A DNA stretch of 23,411 nt. Origin: Candidatus Heimdallarchaeota archaeon. GTDB lineage: Archaea > Asgardarchaeota > Heimdallarchaeia > Hodarchaeales > Hodarchaeaceae. The stretch covers positions 1 to 23,411 of the forward strand of contig JBHLSH010000062.1 of NCBI GenBank assembly GCA_048881705.1, written 5' to 3'. Of the stretch, positions 1-7,938 are shown in pieces; position 1 is the first letter of the stretch; each line of letters begins with the position of its first letter. Position numbers and translations under genes: made by a program. Under the pieces are notes generated by a model, which was not told where the DNA came from, made no database searches, and worked only from the letters and a program-made list of their open reading frames with translations.

Positions 1-69
1 GTATAGAGCTGTTCCACTTCAGGTTGTGACAAGACGTAAAGCGCCGTGAGCCCCAAGATGGTTCCAAAG
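1..69 (-). repeat. Orphan copy 0 of the 3' end of the 193-aa zinc-ribbon membrane gene (cut by the window edge)
   Basis: Reverse complement translates FGTILGLTALYVLSQPEVEQLY versus FGTIFGIAALYLLSQPEVEQLYTQK* in 9563-10144. DNA aligns to about 9573-9641. Confidence 0.95.
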
Positions 70-297
70 CTAGTGTTGGATCCCTCCGTTAGATGACCAT
101 ACCAAAGCTTAAATACTAGAATATTCTATCAGCTGGTATTTGCTCATCCAGGGGTGAGCCATTTTGACCTTTTCCTCGAGGAAGACAAAGCTCCTAGTTT
201 TTTTATCAATCCTGGTGATCAGTTCAGTTTCCCTGGGAAATATTGCCAGTTTATCAAATAGAATAGACTGCAATCCCAACAATGGTTCGTATTTAAC

Positions 298-1071
298 ATG
301 AGTATTGAATTGGGCCTGTATTACACGTTTTTACTAATAATGGCGATGATTGCAGTAGCAGTTTTCTTTAGTCTATTCTTTATACCCGCTGGATATGGCC
401 AATTAATCAGTAAACGATGGGGAACAGTTACAATTAATAACAGGTCCGGTTGGTTAATTATGGAACTCCCTGTTGTGCTTTTTATGTCACTATTTTGGCT
501 GGTTTCGGAGCGAACCCTTGAACTAACTCCCTTCGTCTTTTTCATTTTGTTTAATATTCATTATTGTCAAAGGACGTTTATTTTTCCATTATTGATCCGA
601 GGAGAAAGTCAAATGCCTTGGTCCATTATCATTCTTGGAATGGTCTTCAATTCTGTAAACGCCTTTATGCAGGGAATTTGGATCTTCTTTTTATCTCCTC
701 CTACTCTCTATACTCCACAATGGCTCTTAACGCCTCAATTTATAATTGGTACAACAATCTTTATGATTGGTTTCTTTATCAATATCCATTCAGATCATAC
801 TATCAGAAATTTACGTGAACCTGGAGATACTACCTTCCACATTCCCAATGGAGGTCTATTTAAGTATGTTACATCTGCAAACTACTTTGGAGAGTTCACG
901 GAATGGGTTGGGTGGATGATTTTGACCTTATCATGGCCAGGGTTTGTATTTGCATTATGGACATTTGCAAATTTAGGCCCAAGAGCCCACAGCCTGAGAA
1001 ATTGGTATCGAAAAACGTTTGGTGAGGAATTTCCGATGAATCGAAAACGCATGATTCCATTCATCTATTAA
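298..1071 (+). CDS. Steroid 5-alpha-reductase (SRD5A/DET2-like, 3-oxo-5-alpha-steroid 4-dehydrogenase family) membrane reductase
   Basis: Multi-TM protein with family motifs WLIMELP, HYCQRTFIFP, HSDHTIRNLR, GGLFKYVTSANYFGEFTEW and C-terminal ANLGPRA...WY...RKRMIPFIY. Confidence 0.9.
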   Translation: MSIELGLYYTFLLIMAMIAVAVFFSLFFIPAGYGQLISKRWGTVTINNRSGWLIMELPVVLFMSLFWLVSERTLELTPFVFFILFNIHYCQRTFIFPLLIRGESQMPWSIIILGMVFNSVNAFMQGIWIFFLSPPTLYTPQWLLTPQFIIGTTIFMIGFFINIHSDHTIRNLREPGDTTFHIPNGGLFKYVTSANYFGEFTEWVGWMILTLSWPGFVFALWTFANLGPRAHSLRNWYRKTFGEEFPMNRKRMIPFIY

Positions 1072-1077
1072 ATAACC

Positions 1078-1239
1078 AACGTTAAATGACTTCGATGTGG
1101 TACTCACTCTACCATGAGAAGGAAAAAAGGAAACAAAGCCCCTTCCCCGCCTCAAAAAGAGAAAAGATGCTGGAGGTTATTTCTGGGTATAGAGCTGTTC
1201 CACTTCAGGTTGTGCCAAGACGTAAAGTGCCGCGACCCC
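1078..1239 (-). repeat. Orphan copy 1 (type A) of the gene 3' end plus ~100 bp of downstream sequence
   Basis: Contains ggaggttatttctgggtatagagctgttccacttcagg (stop codon at 1177-1179) and aaagccccttccccgcctcaaaaagagaaaagatg. Near-identical to 3137-3285 starting from AACGTT. Confidence 0.95.
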
Positions 1240-1316
1240 TAGAGAATGACTCCTTTTTCGTTCCCCAAATAGCTATTGCTTTCAACAAATAAGGTTTACT
1301 CTAGGGAAAAGCTCTC

Positions 1317-1784
1317 TTACCAATGAGAATGCTCTGGGGGTCTTAATTCTGGGAAGTTTGTGTCTCTAGCACGTATAAAGGAACGAAAATGTGAGGGTAT
1401 AACCCGAATCACAGCCCATGTCTTCCTTCTAGCCAAGAACTGTTCTTCTTCAAGCCAATAGTATTTCTTGATTCTCATTGCCTTTACTTTTTCGATGGTT
1501 TCTTCGTCCTCAATGTTTTCAGCATCTCCTCTTATCATCACATATTGGTTCTTCCAATCATCCTTATAGATATGATGAACCAAGAGAGCCACATCTGGCT
1601 TCCTTTGGATGTTCCGGATCGTCAAGATGTTGGGTCTCGTCAAAATGTATATTACTCCCTCTTCTTCATGATACATGAAGTAAAATCCAGCAATATAGGG
1701 TTTACCATTTGCCCCAACAGTAGATATGATCAGTGCGTCCTCGTCATGTAGAAATTTCTTGCTTAGTTCGTCTATTTCCACCAT
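1317..1784 (-). CDS. Pyridoxamine 5'-phosphate oxidase-like flavin-binding split-barrel protein
   Basis: LIISTVGANGKPY, IYILTRPN, RNIQRKPDVALLV and YVMIRGDAE match the PNPOx-like family pattern. Confidence 0.8.
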   Translation of the reverse strand: MVEIDELSKKFLHDEDALIISTVGANGKPYIAGFYFMYHEEEGVIYILTRPNILTIRNIQRKPDVALLVHHIYKDDWKNQYVMIRGDAENIEDEETIEKVKAMRIKKYYWLEEEQFLARRKTWAVIRVIPSHFRSFIRARDTNFPELRPPEHSHW

Positions 1785-2223
1785 TGTAGTTATTTCCTCC
1801 TTTATTTTCTTTCTTGTATTTTTGCAATCATCGATAGTTAATAGTTTTCCAATTTCATTTATGGATTCTTTTAGTAAATCTACTCAAGCAAAAACCCAGA
1901 ACGGAGTAGATCTAGGAAGATCAACATTATCCAAAACTGAACGGGATCCGAATATGGAAACCTAATTAGATTGAATTATGATAGGTTATTGAATTGATCA
2001 ATGCTCGAGATGTAGTTTAAAATTTGCTCTCACAGATAAAAAAATTGGTAAAAAAGTGATATTCTAACCTCTCAAGCAAAAACAAATATATATTACAGAT
2101 ATTATATCATTTTCTTATCTGTTCATTACTTTAAATTGGAAAGGTTATGATTACATTTAGAAATGCATAAAATAAACCCGATTGGGCATAATCTAAAAAT
2201 TCAAAGTCCTAGGAGTCGATTTC

Positions 2224-2895
2224 ATGTTTAAAAATACTCGAATCCCGTACTTATATCGTTTATTTTTATTGTTAGCTTCACTTACCACGTTTACTGTTCT
2301 AGAATTACTTGTTTTTATCGAATTTCAGAATGAATTTACGGATATTATTCAAAGATATCGTACTTGGTCGTATCAATCAAATTTACTTGTTTTAATTTGG
2401 CTCGCACTTGCTATTTACTATAATACGAATGAAAATAAAAAGGATATTTTATTCGGACCATTGAAAGGTGCTATTACTTCATATATCACCGTTACGGTTG
2501 TCCTTTGGCATTTTGTTATTTCTCCGACTGCACCTCCCGCAGAAGGAATTGTAATACTTACAAATATTATGATTCATTATTTCCTGCCAATTGCTTTTAT
2601 TGTTGATTTTCTTCTATTTGACGTTCCCTCCTATGAATGGAAATCTATTCCGTCTTGGTTTATCTTTCCTTTGGTATGGACTGGTTTTGTCATGTTGACA
2701 GGTCTTACGGGATTCTTTAGAAACTATTTGGGATTACCGAATTATGTTTATCCATTCCTTAGTATTAATCGATATGGTGTAATCTCAGTAGGAACTTTCC
2801 TGTTATTCATATATATCGGTCTTTTATTGATAGCAGTAGCTTATGTTGGAATTTCTAAGATAAAAAATCGTTCCAAAGTTCTGCAAGCAAATTAA
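2224..2895 (+). CDS. Pr6Pr-like (FAR-17a/AIG1-related) integral membrane protein
   Basis: About 6 TM segments with YQSNLLV, GAITSYITVT, HYFLPIAFIVDFLLF, FPLVW and YVYPFL motifs. Confidence 0.7.
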   Translation: MFKNTRIPYLYRLFLLLASLTTFTVLELLVFIEFQNEFTDIIQRYRTWSYQSNLLVLIWLALAIYYNTNENKKDILFGPLKGAITSYITVTVVLWHFVISPTAPPAEGIVILTNIMIHYFLPIAFIVDFLLFDVPSYEWKSIPSWFIFPLVWTGFVMLTGLTGFFRNYLGLPNYVYPFLSINRYGVISVGTFLLFIYIGLLLIAVAYVGISKIKNRSKVLQAN

Positions 2896-3136
2896 ATATT
2901 CAAGGATCATGGAATCAAAAGATTGTAGAGATTAATAAAGGAGAAAAAACGAGGAGCTGTAATTGGGGAAAATCGGAAAAAGATATCATTTCTTCAAAAA
3001 AGGCACCTGATGGCTTGCAAAGCTGAGTCAATCCAGGCAAAAATACTCTCTCCTCCCCCCGTCAGGATTTGCATTGCGATTAATCAGGGATATTTCACAT
3101 CGTAGTTACGGTTGTACTACATTTAACGTAATATCA

Positions 3137-3285
3137 AACGTTAAACGACTTCGATGTGGTATTCACTCTATCATAAATAGAAAAAAGGAAACAAAGCTCC
3201 CTCCCCGCCTCAAAAAGAGAAAAGATGCTGGAGGTTATTTCTGGGTATAGAGCTGTTCCACTTCAGGCTGTGACAAGATGTAGAG
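3137..3285 (-). repeat. Orphan copy 2 (type A)
   Basis: Reverse complement encodes LYILSQPEVEQLYTQK* (stop codon at 3235-3237). The downstream tract matches copy 1 up to AACGTT at 3137-3142. Confidence 0.95.
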
Positions 3286-3358
3286 GTCTATGGGAGATTA
3301 TCCGTGTGAAATACAACCTTTTTATATTCTGTGTTTGTATATGCATATGTGATTCAGA

Positions 3359-3586
3359 ATGGGTAGTAAAACCATTAGCTTGGATGAAGAAGCCTATAAG
3401 AGACTAAAACGAGAAAAAAACGCTAATGAATCTTTTTCTGATGTGGTAAAGCGACTAACCCGTCCTGTCCAGCATAAATCACTGTTAGCTTTTGCAGGGA
3501 TCTGGGATTTTTCGCCACAAGAGGAAAAAACCCTTAAAACTGTTCTTAAAGAGCTAGGAGTCCAAATCAATGCTTTGTTTGGATAG
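3359..3586 (+). CDS. vapB: Archaeal VapB-type antitoxin
   Basis: MGSKTISLDEEAYKRLKREK..ESFSDVVKRL is the typical archaeal VapB N-terminus. Overlaps the downstream PIN gene. Confidence 0.85.
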   Translation: MGSKTISLDEEAYKRLKREKNANESFSDVVKRLTRPVQHKSLLAFAGIWDFSPQEEKTLKTVLKELGVQINALFG

Positions 3587-3968
3587 CGATTTTATGATTG
3601 CTCTCCTTCGGGGCGATAAGGAAGCTATCACCAAAGCTGAACAACTAGAGGAAGAGTCCCGGGAAATTGTTTCAACTGCCATTAATGCGTTAGAACTATT
3701 TGTGGGAATTGTCGCTGTTGATGGAATATCAGGAACACGAGTCAAGAAAACTCGTGACTTTCTCAATAATCTAACAATACTACACTTAGATGCGAGCTCT
3801 GCTGAACGCTCAGCTTACATCCTTAATTCCTTAGAAAAACTTGGAAAATCCATTGGCTTAAAAGATTCTCTAATCGCTGGCATCGTATTAGAACATAAAG
3901 CTGACATCTTGACTCGTAATACTAAGTATTTTGAGAGGGTGTCTGGATTAAAAGTTGAGCAATGGTAG
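3570..3968 (+). CDS. vapC: PIN-domain toxin VapC
   Basis: CLDSDFMIALLRG, STAINALEL, DSLIAGIVLE and ILTRNTKYFERV provide the PIN acidic residues. 132 aa, paired with the antitoxin. Confidence 0.9.
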   Translation: MLCLDSDFMIALLRGDKEAITKAEQLEEESREIVSTAINALELFVGIVAVDGISGTRVKKTRDFLNNLTILHLDASSAERSAYILNSLEKLGKSIGLKDSLIAGIVLEHKADILTRNTKYFERVSGLKVEQW

Positions 3969-3990
3969 GTATGGTTCAACTTCATCTTTA

Positions 3991-4071
3991 GGAAAAATAG
4001 GGCGGAGTCTGGGTGTTACTTCGCGTAGAGCTGTTCGACTTCAGGTTGAGACAAGACACAGAACGCCGCGA
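3991..4071 (-). repeat. Orphan copy 3 (type B variant)
   Basis: Reverse complement encodes AAFCVLSQPEVEQLYAK* (stop codon at 4016-4018). Post-stop ggagtctgggtg is shared with copy 5. Confidence 0.9.
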
Positions 4072-4092
4072 AGTTGGTTTCTCTTTGCTGAA

Positions 4093-5571
4093 TTACAAGG
4101 ATTTTAGAACTTGGTCAAGTACATCATCAAAATTACTGTAATCCCATTCAACATACTTATCTGGTTGCACACGAACTTCTTCATTAGCACTACCTGAATA
4201 GTCAATTCCCATTGCTGGTGTAAAGCGAATTACTAGTTTAGAATTAGGTAGGACATAAAAAATGGGTGAATCACTTATTCCGTCTCCACCTGTTGGTGTT
4301 CCATAGATTTTAGCAAATTTCGTTTCTTTACAGAACAGGGCAAAGGCATCTGTTGCCGAAAAGGTGATTCCATCCACAAGTAAAATTATTTTTCCAGAAA
4401 AATCAATTTCTTGGGAAGGGTCTACCGTTTGAGTGTATTTATATACCGTAAAATCTTGTTCTGTTATTTCTGTGGGGAGATTGTCAAATTGTTCTTTAGA
4501 AACAATAGAATTGATGTTCGATTGTGATAGTTTTCTAAATAGATTAACATACTTACCGGAACGATATGCGAGATACATCTTGCTAACCATTTTTTCTCTT
4601 CCAAGTGGAGAAATAACATTCTTCATCCAACAATTGAAACTCCCACCTTCATTCCTTCTCACATCTATAATTATACAATCATATTTTTCTACATGGTTAT
4701 AAAATTCCATTAATTGAGCGTGATCTTCATCAATATGCTCATCCATGAAATCTTTTATTCTAATGTAACCAATTCTTTTTTCAGGCAAAATTTCCGTTTT
4801 AAAACGGGTTTCTATCATTTTATATGGATTATCATATGTATATTCATATCCTGAATCGAATATTACTCTTTTCTCCTCTCCAGTAGATTTCTTGATAGTG
4901 AAATTAGCTTTTTGGCCAAAATGTATTGGTGTAATTCTCCAGAGAAAAATTTTTTTTCTATTAAAGTCCCAATCAAGAAGGCCTGTCTCGTAACACTCTG
5001 AAACAGCTTCATCAATTGGTTTACCATTAACAGCAGTTACACTGGTAGTTCCTTCACCATAAGTTTCCTTCCAAGAACCATATCCATCAAAAATCTTATA
5101 TTCACCTCTATCATAGAAAATTAGAACTTCAAAATTCATTCCATACCGTTTCTTAATTATTTGATCTAATGCTGATCTCCAATAGTTCATTGCTTCTTGA
5201 ACTTCAGGAATAAAAATAGCATTGAATGGAGGAGTTTTTTGAGCCCAATGATCTTGTTTGAAGAAGGAATCAAACATACTTGGACGAACAATCACTGTAT
5301 GGGCATTTTGTAACGCAGTAACAGCATCCCAAAATGTTTCTAGAATATGATATATGTTTTTTGCATTTTTTATTCGTGCAAAGTATTTTTTTTTAAAATC
5401 TAACCAGTTATACCCCGTAAATCTTTCTTTTAACCATAAATAACAAAAATTTTCCTTTATCATTTTATAGAAATGATTGAAATCGTCAATCCAATTATCT
5501 ATCGTCATATCCTTTGGATGAATTGGTTTAATTACAATTTCTGGATATTTCTGCATCGTTACATGCCCCAT
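4093..5571 (-). CDS. S41-family (tail-specific/C-terminal processing type) peptidase
   Basis: IGYIRIKDF, IIIDVRRNEGG, ILLVDGITFSATDAF (catalytic Ser) and YGTPTGG motifs. Confidence 0.88.
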   Translation of the reverse strand: MGHVTMQKYPEIVIKPIHPKDMTIDNWIDDFNHFYKMIKENFCYLWLKERFTGYNWLDFKKKYFARIKNAKNIYHILETFWDAVTALQNAHTVIVRPSMFDSFFKQDHWAQKTPPFNAIFIPEVQEAMNYWRSALDQIIKKRYGMNFEVLIFYDRGEYKIFDGYGSWKETYGEGTTSVTAVNGKPIDEAVSECYETGLLDWDFNRKKIFLWRITPIHFGQKANFTIKKSTGEEKRVIFDSGYEYTYDNPYKMIETRFKTEILPEKRIGYIRIKDFMDEHIDEDHAQLMEFYNHVEKYDCIIIDVRRNEGGSFNCWMKNVISPLGREKMVSKMYLAYRSGKYVNLFRKLSQSNINSIVSKEQFDNLPTEITEQDFTVYKYTQTVDPSQEIDFSGKIILLVDGITFSATDAFALFCKETKFAKIYGTPTGGDGISDSPIFYVLPNSKLVIRFTPAMGIDYSGSANEEVRVQPDKYVEWDYSNFDDVLDQVLKSL

Positions 5572-5788
5572 CCTAGTTTTAGAGGAATTAAATTGTCCTT
5601 ACATACGTTGTCCAAAACCTAACTTTTTACTTTATAGAGAGATAGAAAATTGAGTCCTATTTGAAATGAATGGAGGTTAGCTTCTCACCTGATTTCTCAG
5701 GTATATACCCCAGTATATAATTTTCTTGATCTAACCTTGGTTAAATGATATCATATATAGGATTATGTATAGCTTCCTTGAGGTATCC

Positions 5789-5973
5789 AACGTTATACGA
5801 CACCTCAGTACCATATCAGTAAAGAATAGGCAAAAAAGAAAAGACTCCTTCCCCACCTCAAAAAGAGAAAAGATGTTGGAGGTTATTTCCAGGTATAGAG
5901 TGGGTCTACTCCAGGTTGTGATAAGACGTAAAAGGGTAGGATTCCAAAGGGAATATTGAACAGATTGAAGGGG
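5789..5973 (-). repeat. Orphan copy 4 (type A, diverged, with internal deletion)
   Basis: Reverse complement encodes FNLFNIPFG-ILPFYVLSQPGVDPLYTWK* (stop codon at 5883-5885). Downstream ctccttccccacctcaaaaagagaaaagatgttggagg is present, with AACGTTATACGAC at the left edge. Confidence 0.9.
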
Positions 5974-6016
5974 TAGTATTTTTAACACCTACGGGTACTA
6001 ATTCTATTGATCCTTT

Positions 6017-6262
6017 ATGCCCACAATGAGTACGAAAATCCCTGAAAACCTGAAAAAACGGATTGAAAAACTTTCCCACATAAATTGGAGTGAAATCATG
6101 AGAACCGCACTTCTTGAACGAGTCGAGGAGGAAGAAAAAAGAATTATGGATCGCGATACCAAATTAATTGATCAAACCATTCAAAAAATGGATCGATTGC
6201 GGAGAAAAGCAAGGGGAAATACCACAGAGGAGTTGAGAGCATGGCGCGAGATCAGACATTAG
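6017..6262 (+). CDS. Putative ribbon-helix-helix/CopG-type antitoxin
   Basis: 81 aa, MSTKIPENLKKRIEKL..INWSEIMRTALLERV pattern. Overlaps the downstream PIN gene. Confidence 0.75.
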   Translation: MPTMSTKIPENLKKRIEKLSHINWSEIMRTALLERVEEEEKRIMDRDTKLIDQTIQKMDRLRRKARGNTTEELRAWREIRH

Positions 6263-6663
6263 TTATCGACGCATCTGTTGCCCTAAAATGGTTTGTTGAC
6301 GAAATTCATACAGAGAAAGCACTCAAACTCAGAGAATTTCTTAGAAAGGACGCGACCCCTGTTGTTCCCGCCCTATTTTTTTATGAAATTGCTAACGTCC
6401 TTCGTTATAAACCAGAATTCGGTAGTAATGACGTGATGAACATAATTAAAACCCTTTTAAACTTTCAATTTAAAATTGAACTCCTTGATGAGAAATTAAC
6501 AGACCTTACAGCTAAATTAGCCTATCAATTTGGAATAACAATCTATGATGCGAGCTACATTGCCATTGGCCAGTTATATCAAGTCCATTTCATTACCGCA
6601 GACGAGAAATTGGTTTCCCAAATTCAAAACGAACAAGTAATTCTCCTTGAAAATTGGAAATAA
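6241..6663 (+). CDS. vapC: PIN-domain toxin (VapC-like)
   Basis: VIDASVALKWF, FFYEIANVL, TIYDASYIAIG and FITADEKL motifs. Confidence 0.9.
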   Translation: MARDQTLVIDASVALKWFVDEIHTEKALKLREFLRKDATPVVPALFFYEIANVLRYKPEFGSNDVMNIIKTLLNFQFKIELLDEKLTDLTAKLAYQFGITIYDASYIAIGQLYQVHFITADEKLVSQIQNEQVILLENWK

Positions 6664-6810
6664 TTAAGTGTCCACTTCATGTGAACCCAGTTTCCTGACA
6701 GATCTTGAGAGTGACTCTGTGATATATATCTAATAGACGGAAACAACCAATTCCGAGTTCATTCTTTTTCATGACCTGCTCAACAAGCCTCTCCGCGCAT
6801 CCCAAGAAGA

Positions 6811-6939
6811 AAGAGAAAAAGGAAAAAGCTCCATCCCCCGCGAAAAAAGGTTGGAGTCTGGGTGTTACGTCGTGTAGAGGTGTTCGACTTTAGGTTGTGA
6901 CAAGATGTAAGACGTTGTGATCCCAAAGAAGGTTTCAAA
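6811..6939 (-). repeat. Orphan copy 5 (type B variant)
   Basis: Reverse complement encodes FETFFGITTSYILSQPKVEHLYTT* (stop codon at 6865-6867). Retains the aaagctccatcccccg motif at 6825-6840. Confidence 0.9.
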
Positions 6940-6943
6940 ATTC

Positions 6944-7924
6944 TTAGAAATCTTGTAGATTGAACGCGATATCTCCACTCGTAGATGTCACCGTGAAATC
7001 ATATTTCGTCTCAGAAAGATCGTAACTTGATGAAGTATATGTTGTTAGATTATTAGGTAGCTGGATTAATCCCGATTCAGTGATTGCTGCAATATTTATT
7101 CCAAAAACTGGATTCAGATATAAATCAACATATACCATTTGTGCATAGCTGTTTATATTAAACTGCAGAGTACTAGGATTATTATTCAAGTTTTCCCATT
7201 GCACTAGATCTATTGTCGTTCGGAAGGAACGCCAGTCAGGTCGCAGCTGGATTTCCCATATTGTTAGATTTGAAGTATACCTATTCTCAAATAATTCGAA
7301 TCGTACCGCCGTCAAATCCGAATGAAGGACGAGTGTATCGGATACGTTGAACGTAACGTTAGTAAAGGATGCGGTATGCCCTGTCTCACTCCATCCATAA
7401 TTCAAATTCAGATGAGATATGGTTAAATCCTGTAACTTAACATTATAACCTTCAACGCAACCATCCAATATATCTAACGAGAAACTAATGTTTTCTTGAA
7501 TATAAAATCGTACATCGTTCCACCCAGGCGCTGGATCCACAGCTGCAAAACCCGAATCGTCAAATACCACCGCTATAGTCTCATTATCAACTTCAGAATA
7601 CAATAAAATTTCAGAGTACAGGAAGGCTTTGACGTGTGAAAGATTGGCCCCTTGCCTCCGAAAAGCGTCGACCTCGATCGATAGTACGTAATTAGCATCC
7701 TTTGGGGCCATAGATATGCTCGCATTTCCATAACTATGATCAATAGATAGTTTCACATTAGAATAGTTAGCAGGAATCGTATCTGTAACTGTAGCAAGGA
7801 ATGTTATTGGCCTTGTCCCTATAGATAAAATTAGATACATAAACAGGATATTCGTACCAATTAAAATTGAAACGACCACTGCCAATAAGATAAAGAATGT
7901 TAGTATTTCCCTTTTTGAGATCAA
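6944..7924 (-). CDS. Membrane-anchored beta-strand-rich surface protein (possibly DUF4097/adhesin-like)
   Basis: N-terminal TM helix, many N-x-S/T sequons, beta-rich body ending in TVTSTSGDI. Family assignment is tentative. Confidence 0.6.
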   Translation of the reverse strand: MISKREILTFFILLAVVVSILIGTNILFMYLILSIGTRPITFLATVTDTIPANYSNVKLSIDHSYGNASISMAPKDANYVLSIEVDAFRRQGANLSHVKAFLYSEILLYSEVDNETIAVVFDDSGFAAVDPAPGWNDVRFYIQENISFSLDILDGCVEGYNVKLQDLTISHLNLNYGWSETGHTASFTNVTFNVSDTLVLHSDLTAVRFELFENRYTSNLTIWEIQLRPDWRSFRTTIDLVQWENLNNNPSTLQFNINSYAQMVYVDLYLNPVFGINIAAITESGLIQLPNNLTTYTSSSYDLSETKYDFTVTSTSGDIAFNLQDF

Positions 7925-7938
7925 TATCCTACTCTCTT

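Noticed and set aside
187-195. aaagctcct partial match to the conserved motif
   Set aside because: Only 9 bp, lacks the TCCCCG half and the flanking repeat, and is compatible with chance.
1074-1215. Repeats as canonical integron attC sites
   Set aside because: A GTTRRRY-like heptamer is present, but I could not build the RYYYAAC...GTTRRRY bottom-strand hairpin with paired L boxes. The repeat core is protein-coding and no intI is in the window.
1086-1292. Plus-strand ORFs containing MLEVIS.YR (1086-1292, 3225-3407, 5765-5959) as a small-protein family
   Set aside because: Their similarity is only the antisense reading of the repeated gene 3' end. N- and C-termini are not conserved.
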